DNA of 64,000 nucleotides from Candidatus Bathyarchaeota archaeon. Its GTDB lineage: Archaea > Thermoproteota > Bathyarchaeia > Bathyarchaeales > Bathycorpusculaceae. A model generated the notes under the pieces. The model searched no databases. It saw only the letters and a list, made by a program, of their open reading frames with translations, and was not told the DNA's origin. A program made the position numbers and the translations under genes. Position 1 is the stretch's first letter. The number at the start of each line of letters is the position of its first letter. The stretch is from positions 2,873,367 through 2,937,366 of the forward strand of contig OY969706.1 of the NCBI GenBank assembly GCA_963702095.1, written 5' to 3'. Positions 21,641 to 30,422 of this stretch are shown piece by piece.

Positions 21641-23259
21641 GTTTGGCTTTTGTTTAGCACCCTCTCAAGAGCTGCAATCACGTTGTCTTTGCCCATGGCT
21701 AAAACGTATGGTCCCAGCTTTGGACCCTGCGGCGCACCCATCAACACTGAATAGAGCACTCTAAAGAAGGCGCCGGGTTTGATGCCGTTGTTTTTGGCTG
21801 CTTGGAAGATGGCGTTTTGGATTTTGTCTGGGTCATCCTCTGTTTTCAGTTGCGTAACCAGCTCCAAGATGGCTTTGCGTTCTTCCACGGATAGTTCCAC
21901 GTTGGTTTCTTTGATATCCTCAAAGTCCCTTGTCCAATTTTGGGCGAACTGTATGCGTTGCTGTAGGGCGGCGTCGATGACTTGGCCTTTTTGGAGGTAG
22001 CCGTAGCTTTGCAGTTTCTCTGCGACGTAGTCGTTTATGCATTCTTTGGGCGCCATTTTAACCAGGAACGCCATGAGGTTGTAGGGGGTGTGGATGCTGG
22101 GTTTAGAGGGCGGTTTCATGACATAGCAGTATTGGTAGATTCCTTTGAGGCGGATGGCTTCTTTTTCGCTGGGCTGTTTCTTGCCAAAGTAGACGTCTTC
22201 GAGGTCGTCTAGTTCATTCATGTACGAGGGGATGTCGGAGACGTCGAGTGAACGTGTGCCTACAAACCGTTTAAGCATAAGAAGCAAAAGCGACTGCGGC
22301 GAACCATAGTTGAACCAGACCTGCGGCGTGAACACGTTGCCCGCGGACTTGCTGATTTTTTTGCCGCCCTTATCGAGGAACATTTCGTATTTGGCGTGGC
22401 TGGGCGGTTCGAACTGGAGGACTTCGCGGCAGATGCGGTCGTTTATGCGCACGGAGTCGGCGATGTCTTTGCCGTAGGCTTCAAAGCGGATGTCGAGTGC
22501 TTTCCAGCGGGCGGCGAATTCGCTTTTCCATGTTAGTTTGCCCTGTCCGCTTTTGATGTCTACTTCGCCTTCGTAGCCGCAGCCGGGGATTAGTTTGCCC
22601 CTGATTTCGAGTCCTTCGCATTTGTATGTGACTTTGTCGGTTTTGGGGTCGAATTTGTAGGCGCGGGTCGTGTAGAGATGACCGCAGTTTTCGCAGACAG
22701 CAAAAAACGGCAGAACTTCACTGTAGGTTTCCTGTCCCACCTCCTCTTTGATGATTTCGCCGACCTGTTTGGCGTTGGTTAGGAGGGTTCTGATTTCGTT
22801 TAGCAGCAACCCCTTTTTGTAAACTTCGTTAGCGGAATAGTACTTGTATTCGATGCCGCATTTGTCCAGCGCCTCAAGCAGTAGGCTGCTCATGTGTTTG
22901 CCGTAGCTTTCGTGGCAGCCGAACGGGTCAGGGATTGTGGAGACGGAGTAACCGAGGTATTTTTCTAAACCTTGAGCGATGTCGGCTGGTAAGCCTGCGG
23001 GGACTTTGCGTAAGCCGTCTTTGTCGTCGCAGAAGGCAACCAACTCTGAGTTGCAACCTAGGTTTTTAAGCGCCAAAGTAACCGCGTAGCTGCGGCTGGC
23101 GTCGCCTAAGCTGCCGATGTGCGGAAAACCTGAGGCGCCCAAACCCATTTCCGTGCGGACTCTGCTCATGTCTCGCTTCAGCGATTGTTCCCGCTCGATG
23201 ACTTTTTTTGCCATCATGTCGTACCATGTGCCTAAACCGACGATAGTTTCATCGCTCAT
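21637..23259 (-). CDS. lysS: Class I lysyl-tRNA synthetase
   Basis: ASGFPHIGS (HIGH-like), DGLRKVP, KISKSAGN (KMSKS-like), QGPKLG. Confidence 0.97.
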   Translation of the reverse strand: MSDETIVGLGTWYDMMAKKVIEREQSLKRDMSRVRTEMGLGASGFPHIGSLGDASRSYAVTLALKNLGCNSELVAFCDDKDGLRKVPAGLPADIAQGLEKYLGYSVSTIPDPFGCHESYGKHMSSLLLEALDKCGIEYKYYSANEVYKKGLLLNEIRTLLTNAKQVGEIIKEEVGQETYSEVLPFFAVCENCGHLYTTRAYKFDPKTDKVTYKCEGLEIRGKLIPGCGYEGEVDIKSGQGKLTWKSEFAARWKALDIRFEAYGKDIADSVRINDRICREVLQFEPPSHAKYEMFLDKGGKKISKSAGNVFTPQVWFNYGSPQSLLLLMLKRFVGTRSLDVSDIPSYMNELDDLEDVYFGKKQPSEKEAIRLKGIYQYCYVMKPPSKPSIHTPYNLMAFLVKMAPKECINDYVAEKLQSYGYLQKGQVIDAALQQRIQFAQNWTRDFEDIKETNVELSVEERKAILELVTQLKTEDDPDKIQNAIFQAAKNNGIKPGAFFRVLYSVLMGAPQGPKLGPYVLAMGKDNVIAALERVLNKSQT

Positions 23260-23337
23260 AACAGGTTGCCTTCTGCCAAATGACTATGCGAGGGTATAGA
23301 AAAATGTTTAGAACCAAAAGCTTCTGGTGACTTAAGA

Positions 23338-23472
23338 GGTTGGTTTTTTCGTTAGTTGTTGTTGGCATAAACCGCCTATACTCAACAACAACCTGCGGGT
23401 TTTGAGGCAGCGCCTGTTTTGAGGGCGGGTTGTAGGGTGGATTGCAGGCTGGTTGTGGAGCAAACCACAAGC
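23338..23472. repeat. Dispersed ~135-bp palindromic repeat, copy B
   Basis: Matches 7300-7433 at both arms. Confidence 0.8.
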
Positions 23473-23545
23473 TCGGTGGTGGTCTATAGTTGCGTTAGAC
23501 TCTTATTCTACACACATGCTAACATGACTGTGTAGGTGGGGGTCT

Positions 23546-23842
23546 ATGGGTACACAAAATAGCGCTGCCATTCAAGCCATTAGACTTTGGAAAATAGAAA
23601 AAGAAACCCTGCGAGAAATGGCTAAATCTAAAGTGGATTTAGAGGCACGGCTCCAGAACTGGATTAGTTCAGACATTTCTATAATATCACCCGACTTCCT
23701 CCTATCGGTCGAGAAGTCCCCACTGACTTTGGAGGATACATCGATATTCTTTGCATGCATGAGAACGGCACATCGGAAAAAATGGCTTGCTATTGCCTCA
23801 GCTTATGTTTTGCCTCACTTGAAGTTGGCAGAAAATTATTAA
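23546..23842 (+). pseudogene. Truncated NucS/DUF91-like endonuclease remnant
   Basis: LEARLQNWI..DISII then, after a shift, IGREVPTDFGGYIDILC; the expected ExK motif is absent. Confidence 0.6.
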
Positions 23843-23875
23843 GTGCGACCCTGCATTAGTGTGACTGTGGTTTAG

Positions 23876-24097
23876 TTGTCCCGTGCACGGATTAAACGTA
23901 AATGCCAAGTCACCATCCCCCAAGAACTCCGCAAAGAATTCGGATTAGAAGAAGGCACAATCATAGAATTCACCAAAGAAGACGACAAAATAGTAATCAA
24001 GCCACTGCCACCCTTAGAACCCGGCGAAGCCGTCGGCGAAGAAGAATTCAAAAAAATCCTATCTGAACTCGACGAGCGCCGGAGAAATTGGCGTTGA
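23876..24097 (+). CDS. vapB: AbrB/MazE-type antitoxin (VapB)
   Basis: QVTIPQELRKEFGLEEG; overlaps the PIN gene. Confidence 0.9.
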   Translation: MSRARIKRKCQVTIPQELRKEFGLEEGTIIEFTKEDDKIVIKPLPPLEPGEAVGEEEFKKILSELDERRRNWR

Positions 24098-24492
24098 CAG
24101 GCGTAGCTGACACTCGCCTCCTGTTTTTTATGGAATTGCCTTCCACCCCCGAAATGGGAAGAAAAACCAGAGACTTCTTTGAAAAGGAACTCAGATCAAC
24201 CCTTTTAGTTCCCACCGTTGTGTTAGCTGAATTCATAGAGATCGCTGGAGCAAGAATCGGCGAAGAAGCAGCCAAAACACGGATACGCTCGCTAAAAGAA
24301 CGCGGACTACGAATCGTACCCTTCGATGAACCGCATGCCCTCAAAACTGGGAACCTACTTCTCTCAAACAAAAAAGTACCCCTCGCCGACGCCATAATCG
24401 CATCATACGTTAAAAACGGCGAAGCGGACTATGTACTAAGCGATGACCAGCACTTCAAAACCCTAAATGTAAAAACTAAATGGATAACCTAA
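24088..24492 (+). CDS. vapC: PIN-domain toxin (VapC)
   Basis: VADT, VLAEF, LADAII, SDDQHF acidic motifs. Confidence 0.9.
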   Translation: MALTGVADTRLLFFMELPSTPEMGRKTRDFFEKELRSTLLVPTVVLAEFIEIAGARIGEEAAKTRIRSLKERGLRIVPFDEPHALKTGNLLLSNKKVPLADAIIASYVKNGEADYVLSDDQHFKTLNVKTKWIT

Positions 24493-24528
24493 AACGGCTC
24501 AAAAGATAGGGAAGAAAAGAAAAAGGAG

Positions 24529-24867
24529 CTATTTGCGTTGGAGTGCCGCTGCAATCGCCAATGCGGCGACAACCAGCAGTATCACCACGACTGAGTAGAG
24601 CCAATTGAAGCTAAACAGGAACCATGCTCCACCCACCGCAACCGCGACCAGTCCCAACGCCATGGTGCTAAACGGGCTGCGCTCATACATGCCGACTTTG
24701 CCCATCCGAATCAAACCCAACACCACGAACCAGAGCCCGTTGAGCAGGAAAATCACTGGCACAATCAGCGTCCAATCCATCAGCCCCGCCACGTAGAGCA
24801 GCACAGCTACTACTATGGTGAGGAAGAAGACGCCGATTGTAAGCAGTTGTCGATTGCTATCATTCAT
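24529..24867 (-). CDS. Small 4-TM membrane protein
   Basis: Likely start ATG 24867 (MNDSNRQLL), just downstream of the SPFH gene. Confidence 0.75.
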   Translation of the reverse strand: MNDSNRQLLTIGVFFLTIVVAVLLYVAGLMDWTLIVPVIFLLNGLWFVVLGLIRMGKVGMYERSPFSTMALGLVAVAVGGAWFLFSFNWLYSVVVILLVVAALAIAAALQRK

Positions 24868-24878
24868 TGCTGGTGGTC

Positions 24879-25859
24879 CTAAGCGATTTTTTCTCCGCAT
24901 TCTGGGCAGAACTTGCTGTTGGCGGGGATGGATTTGCCGCATTTGGGGCATGTCATGGCTTGCTGGCTTGGCGGGGTAAGGTTGGTTCCGCAGTTGGGGC
25001 AGAATTTGCTGGTCGCTGGCACTTTTTCTCCGCATTTGGGGCAGATCACTAGTGCCGCTGCTGGAGCTGCTTGGGGTGCGCCCATTTGGTTCATGACCTG
25101 TGGGATAAGCACCATGCCTGCGCCGAGTGCGCCTGCGCCGCCTCCACCTTGTCCGAGGCTTGCCGCTGCGCTCTTGACTGTTTCCATGCGTAGCACGTCG
25201 CCGGCTGGGGTTTGGCCTGTTTTGAGCCAGAAGAGGCGTTCACGGTACTCGGGTGTGGTGTCGATGCCTTCGAATCTTAGGTCGGTTAGTTCGATGCCGA
25301 CGCGTTTGAAGTAGTCGATGAGTGTGTTTTTGACGATTATGCTGGTTTCGTCTAGGCGTGTGAAGACGGTGACGAGGTCGTAGTGGCTGAGTTCGTCGAT
25401 GATTTTCTCGTTTAGGAAGCCGCGGAGGAAGTCGTTGACGTCCTGGGTGGTGTAGGCTTGTTGTCCGCCGATGACTTCGTTGACAAACAGGGTGGCGTCT
25501 TTTACTTTAAACCAGAACTGCCCATAAACCTGCAGCGGAGCGAGTTCGGTGGTTTGTGCACGTGTGCCCCATTTTCCCGCGAAGATTTTAGTGCTGATAA
25601 ACAATACGGTGGCTTTGAACGGTTTGTTGCCACCGTAGCCTGCCAGTCGGGTGAGTAGGCTTGTAAGCAGGGGGAGGTTGAGGGTGGTTAGGGTGTGTCT
25701 TCCAGCTTCGAATATGTCGTAGGCTTTGCCGTCGCGGAAGAACACGGCTATCTGGTATTCGCGGACAATCAACTGGGCACCCCATGTGATGTCTTCGTTG
25801 GGGTACCGCCAAACTATATCTTCTGGGCCTGCAGTGGGCCATTCAATTACTTGCGGCAT
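24879..25859 (-). CDS. SPFH/Band-7 (YdjI-like) protein with double zinc ribbon
   Basis: IVWRYP, QLIVREYQ.AVF..DGK, GRHTLTT.NLP; C-terminal CPKC/FCPNCG/CPKC/FCPECG. Confidence 0.9.
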   Translation of the reverse strand: MPQVIEWPTAGPEDIVWRYPNEDITWGAQLIVREYQIAVFFRDGKAYDIFEAGRHTLTTLNLPLLTSLLTRLAGYGGNKPFKATVLFISTKIFAGKWGTRAQTTELAPLQVYGQFWFKVKDATLFVNEVIGGQQAYTTQDVNDFLRGFLNEKIIDELSHYDLVTVFTRLDETSIIVKNTLIDYFKRVGIELTDLRFEGIDTTPEYRERLFWLKTGQTPAGDVLRMETVKSAAASLGQGGGGAGALGAGMVLIPQVMNQMGAPQAAPAAALVICPKCGEKVPATSKFCPNCGTNLTPPSQQAMTCPKCGKSIPANSKFCPECGEKIA

Positions 25860-26398
25860 TACGCTGTCACTCCTAAGATTGCTTCTTGCCTTTTATCAAA
25901 CGTATCCTCAAGCATGTCCACTTTGTCGTTTACGCCTTGGACTTTGTCTTTGAGGTTTGAGTAGTCACCGCCTACCAGCTGGGTTTTTAGGCTATCCACT
26001 GCGTCGGTGAGTGTGTTGACGCCGTCGAGGAGCCCGTTGTCGTAGGCTATCATGCGGTCAAGGTTTTCCTCTTTGATTTTAACTATGTCAAAGAAGCCGC
26101 TGTACCCGTAGGAGGCATGGTTAACTTTTTCTGTTATGCGGTCCATCTTAGCCACTAAGCGGTCAACGTTGGTTAATACGTCGAAGTAACGTTTATCCGC
26201 TATTCTCTGAGAAATCAACCTGACGTTGTCTTTATCTCTGGAGAGTTTGAGGTAAAGATGGTTGCGGATTAGTTTGTCTGATTCACGGCGGAGTTCCTTC
26301 TCTTTGTAGCCTCGGAACCCTGGAAGTGCAGCCGCGATGCGTTCTGAAAGCCTCATTTGGCTTTTCGCTTGGGCATATACATCTTTATTTTCGCTCAT
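25859..26398 (-). CDS. Conserved helical hypothetical protein
   Basis: PGFRGYKEKELRRESDKLIR, GYSGFFD; coupled to the SPFH gene. Confidence 0.75.
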   Translation of the reverse strand: MSENKDVYAQAKSQMRLSERIAAALPGFRGYKEKELRRESDKLIRNHLYLKLSRDKDNVRLISQRIADKRYFDVLTNVDRLVAKMDRITEKVNHASYGYSGFFDIVKIKEENLDRMIAYDNGLLDGVNTLTDAVDSLKTQLVGGDYSNLKDKVQGVNDKVDMLEDTFDKRQEAILGVTA

Positions 26399-26467
26399 TT
26401 CCCGTTTCCTCCAATATTTGCATTCCGTTATAAAAAGGGGCTTGCTATTAAACGTTTTTAAAGCAGT

Positions 26468-27211
26468 TTAGAACTTGGAATTGGGGATGTCGCCCCGAAG
26501 AACCATGCCCGCTGAGCCGTCAACCAGCATCTGGTAATTGTTGCCCTTGTACTCATACTTGATGAACCACACAGGCGCATGCAAATACACCATCTGCTTA
26601 AGGTCCACAGTCGTGGTTTCCTCAATAATGCGATCAATGTCCTGCTGCAACAGGAACCGGTGATGCTCCTCAATCTGTTGTCTAGCCAACTCCAACGCTT
26701 GATCCCGCTCCATTTCACTGTTGAGCAGTTTAGCGAAGCCTTCGATTTTGCGGAAGTCATAGGGAACCTTGCCCGCCAACGGAACATCATAGGCTCGGGT
26801 GGGAAAATCAGAAGCCTGCCTAGCCAGCACCAGCCAATTGTACTCTTTTTTGATCTGGCCTTCTTTGGTGATGGCGGGGGTAATACGTTCAAAGATGCCC
26901 TTGTACTGGGTTGTGGCTTCAACAGTGACCACCCAAAACGGCAGATACATCAGGGTTTTCTCGGTGACCTTAGCTTTTTTGGCGAGGTCGCCTGGTTTCA
27001 TGAAGCCTGAACGCATCCAATCACGGATCAACCCCTCGATCTGCTCGGGGCTGTAGCGGTTTAGGAGCACGGAATGCTCGAAGTTGAAGGCTTGACCGGT
27101 TTCGATGACGGTTGTGAAGCCGCAGTACTTGCAGGTTGCTATGAGTTCGCCTGGCTTAAACTCTACAGGAGCCCCACAATGCGAACACCGAATATTTTCA
27201 GCCACAGCCAT
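26468..27211 (-). CDS. Zinc-ribbon protein (YdjG-like)
   Basis: CSHCGAP...CKYCG; YLPFW; PVW..KY.YKG..Y...VDG. Confidence 0.8.
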   Translation of the reverse strand: MAVAENIRCSHCGAPVEFKPGELIATCKYCGFTTVIETGQAFNFEHSVLLNRYSPEQIEGLIRDWMRSGFMKPGDLAKKAKVTEKTLMYLPFWVVTVEATTQYKGIFERITPAITKEGQIKKEYNWLVLARQASDFPTRAYDVPLAGKVPYDFRKIEGFAKLLNSEMERDQALELARQQIEEHHRFLLQQDIDRIIEETTTVDLKQMVYLHAPVWFIKYEYKGNNYQMLVDGSAGMVLRGDIPNSKF

Positions 27212-27215
27212 AGGG

Positions 27216-28601
27216 TTATGCCTTCAACGGTTTCTCTCGTTTGAGGATTTCTCTGGCAACAATGACGCCTGAAGCGGAGGCTTGGATTAAGCCGCGGGTG
27301 ACGCCTGCGCCATCCCCGATTGTAAACATGTTCTGAACCTTGGTTTCCAACGCATTGTTTAGTTGTAAATGGCTGCTGTAGAATTTGACTTCCACGCCAT
27401 AGAGCAAGGTTTCAGGTGAAGCCACTCCCGGAGAGATCTTGTCGAGTGCCTCAAGCATCTCGCGGATGTCAACTAAGTAGCGGTAGGGCAAAACGAAGCT
27501 CAAATCACCAGGAGTAGCGTTTCTGAGGGTGGGCGTCAATACGCTGTGGGATATGCGTTCAGGTGTGCTGCGTCTGCCATGGTTGAGGTCGCCTAGCCGC
27601 TGCACCATGACGCCGCCGCTGAGCAAGTTACTGAGGCGGGCGATGTATTTGCCATAGGCGATTGGTTCTTTGAAGGGTTCAGTGAACTGGGTGCTGACAA
27701 GTATTGCGAAGTTGGTGTTGTGGGTTTTGGTTTCTGCTTGGCTGCCGCCGTTGACGGTTAAGACGCCGTCGTAGGATTCTGTTGTGACTTCACCGTATGG
27801 CGAGACACAGAAAGTGCGGACTTGGTCGTCAAATGACCGTGAGAAATAAACGAGTTTAGGCTCGTAGAGGATTTTGGTAAGTTTCTCCATAACTGACGCC
27901 AGCAACTCGACGCGGACACCTATGTCGACGGGGTTGTTGACGGTTTTTAACCCGCGGATTTGGGCTTCGGTTTGCAGCCATTCGGCGCCGCCTCTGCCGG
28001 GGGCGATGATGACGTATTTGCCCATGATTTTTTCGCCGCTGACCGTTTCGACGCCTTGGATGATGTGGTCTTCGGCGATGAGTCCTTTTACTTCGGTTTT
28101 GGGCAGAAAAGTGATTTTACCCTCAAGGTATTTGCGCATCTCTTTGAGAACGTCGAGGCAGCGGTCAGTTCCCATGTGGCGGACTTCTTGCTTGATAAGT
28201 TTGAGCCCCGCCAATGAAGCTTGACGCTCAATTTCGTCGACTTCTGCGTTTTCGCCGCCGTAGACTTCTTTGCTGGCGCCGAATTTTATGTAGACATCGT
28301 CGCAGTACTTGACGAGTTTTTCGAGTTCTTTGGTTGAGATGTACTGGTTTAGCCAGCCGCCTACTTCTGTGGATAGGGTTAGTTTGCCGTCGCTGTAGGC
28401 GCCTGCTCCGCCCCAGCCGGATAGTACCGCGCATGGTTCGCAGTGGAGGCATTCAAAACCCCGTTTGCTGGGGCATTTGCGTTTGTCTATGTCTGCGCCT
28501 CGGTCGATGACTAGTACGTTGAGGTTTGCGTTTTCGGTTAGTTCTAGTGCTGAGAAGATGCCTGCTGGACCTGCGCCCACGATGATAACGTCGTATTTCA
28601 A
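27216..28601 (-). CDS. NAD(P)/FAD-dependent oxidoreductase (uncharacterized family)
   Basis: VGAGPAG, GWGGAGAYSDGKL, IGVRVE, GDGAGVTRG. Confidence 0.9.
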   Translation of the reverse strand: MKYDVIIVGAGPAGIFSALELTENANLNVLVIDRGADIDKRKCPSKRGFECLHCEPCAVLSGWGGAGAYSDGKLTLSTEVGGWLNQYISTKELEKLVKYCDDVYIKFGASKEVYGGENAEVDEIERQASLAGLKLIKQEVRHMGTDRCLDVLKEMRKYLEGKITFLPKTEVKGLIAEDHIIQGVETVSGEKIMGKYVIIAPGRGGAEWLQTEAQIRGLKTVNNPVDIGVRVELLASVMEKLTKILYEPKLVYFSRSFDDQVRTFCVSPYGEVTTESYDGVLTVNGGSQAETKTHNTNFAILVSTQFTEPFKEPIAYGKYIARLSNLLSGGVMVQRLGDLNHGRRSTPERISHSVLTPTLRNATPGDLSFVLPYRYLVDIREMLEALDKISPGVASPETLLYGVEVKFYSSHLQLNNALETKVQNMFTIGDGAGVTRGLIQASASGVIVAREILKREKPLKA

Positions 28602-28758
28602 AGGAACTTTCCCCTCTGGAACCCAGAATTACATGCAAAGGGTTGGATATATTTGTTGGTGCCTTTTGCTTGGAAGAAACGGTTTATGCATATGTATCCT
28701 GCAGATATATCTTAAAAACATTTAATACCCTAAAGCATCCACATACAAAAGACGCAAC

Positions 28759-29229
28759 ATGGCAACACCCCAAAACAGCCAAAACATGGACAACCTCATC
28801 AGCGACTTCAGCCGCTTCTACATCCTAACCATACTCTATGAAGGACCCACCCACGGCTACAGCATCATAAGCCAATTCAAACGCCGAGTCAAAAAAGAAA
28901 TCAGCCCCAGCCTTGTCTATCCTTTTCTGCAGAAACTCGAAGAAAAAGGCTACGTCAAACACACAGTGGAACCCGTCGGCGAGAAGGAACGCAAAATCTT
29001 CGAGTTAACCGACCAAGGCAAAGCCCTCTGCACCCGCCTGTTTAAGCGGTTCGCAGAACTCGTCTCCATCGCCATCCAACCAAGCCTCGACGTGTGTGCC
29101 CACTGCGGCTGCAAAGTCTATGAAGGCGCATACCGCGAAGTCATCGACGGAGTGGCAATGGCGTTCTGCTGCACCCACTGCGCAGCCTCATACAGACAAT
29201 GCAAAACGTCCGGTGCGCCTGCAACTTAG
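28759..29229 (+). CDS. PadR-family regulator with C-terminal Cys-rich metal-binding (TRASH-like) domain
   Basis: PTHGYSII, VYPFLQKLEEKG; CAHCGC...FCCTHCA. Confidence 0.88.
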   Translation: MATPQNSQNMDNLISDFSRFYILTILYEGPTHGYSIISQFKRRVKKEISPSLVYPFLQKLEEKGYVKHTVEPVGEKERKIFELTDQGKALCTRLFKRFAELVSIAIQPSLDVCAHCGCKVYEGAYREVIDGVAMAFCCTHCAASYRQCKTSGAPAT

Positions 29230-29380
29230 ATTAGAAATCGGCTGGGTTACTAACGCTGCTACTGAAATAGGTAACCGATTAAATTCGTTTATTTGCGATA
29301 TTATTTTCTTTAATTCCTGAAGAATTAGGGTAAACCCTTAAGTTGTAAAGATATTTCTCTTAAACGCCTAGTGAAAATAA

Positions 29381-30193
29381 ATGTTCCACGATGAGGACAT
29401 TAAGGCTTTAACCTTCTTGGGGCTAACAAACCTTCAGGCAAGAGTTTACCTTTCCCTAGTTAACGGAACAACTGTAACAGCAAAGAAAATCGCAAATAAT
29501 GCTGAGGTTGCTCGTCAGGATGTCTACCGAATAGTAGCGGAGCTGGAGTCCCTGAGCTTAATAGAAAAGGTAATCTCTATTCCAACCAAGTACAGAGCTG
29601 TTCCGATGGAAGATGCGGTAGATATTTTGCTTGGCCGTAAACAAAAAGAAAGCCTTGAATTGATGCTTAAGGCAGCTCAATTAAATAACCGCTATAAAAC
29701 TGGCAAAACAGACTCATCGCATGAAGATGACACCCACTATGTTTTGATACCTCCAAAAGAGTCATTTATAAAAAAATCCAAAGATTTCTATGATAATTCT
29801 ACCAACTATATAGAGATCTTTACAACTGTTGAAAGGATGCGCGCCGCTATTAGGATTTTTCAAGATGACTACGAAAAGGCTTTTCAGAGAGGGGTGACGG
29901 TAAGGTGCCTAATCGGAAGAGCAATGGACCAGCAAACAATCGACGAACAAGATTTACCTCATAATCCACATTTTAGCTGTAATTTCATTACGGTTCCACC
30001 TAAGCTCTTAACACCCTTTACAATTTGGGACCGAAAAGAATTATTTGTCGTGACAACAGAAAAAGAAAAAATCTACCAATCACAAAATCTATGGACGAAT
30101 AATTGTCTCTTAATAGAGGTATTTCTCAATTACTTTGAAATGCTATGGAAAACTCGATCACACTTTAATCAGCCCCCGCATCAAAAGGGTTAA
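29381..30193 (+). CDS. TrmB-family transcriptional regulator
   Basis: LGLTNLQARVYLSL, ARQDVYRIV, LIEK, P.KYRA; C-terminal FEMLW. Confidence 0.9.
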   Translation: MFHDEDIKALTFLGLTNLQARVYLSLVNGTTVTAKKIANNAEVARQDVYRIVAELESLSLIEKVISIPTKYRAVPMEDAVDILLGRKQKESLELMLKAAQLNNRYKTGKTDSSHEDDTHYVLIPPKESFIKKSKDFYDNSTNYIEIFTTVERMRAAIRIFQDDYEKAFQRGVTVRCLIGRAMDQQTIDEQDLPHNPHFSCNFITVPPKLLTPFTIWDRKELFVVTTEKEKIYQSQNLWTNNCLLIEVFLNYFEMLWKTRSHFNQPPHQKG

Positions 30194-30422
30194 CTGACAA
30201 CCGATTTTTGCCTGGATTGTTGCTTCATGACGCATTTTAAAGTGAAAGCTTAATTCCTTGCTGCCTTAGATGGAAACCGATAAACCACCAAACTGAGTTC
30301 TTGCTTACTGTCGTCTTTTTCGCTTAAGTATCTAGCTTACCTGTCAGCAACTCAACTTACGACTAGCCTTTAAATCCCATTTCAGTCGCATTGTCGTCTT
30401 ACATATAATGGAGAAAATAAAA

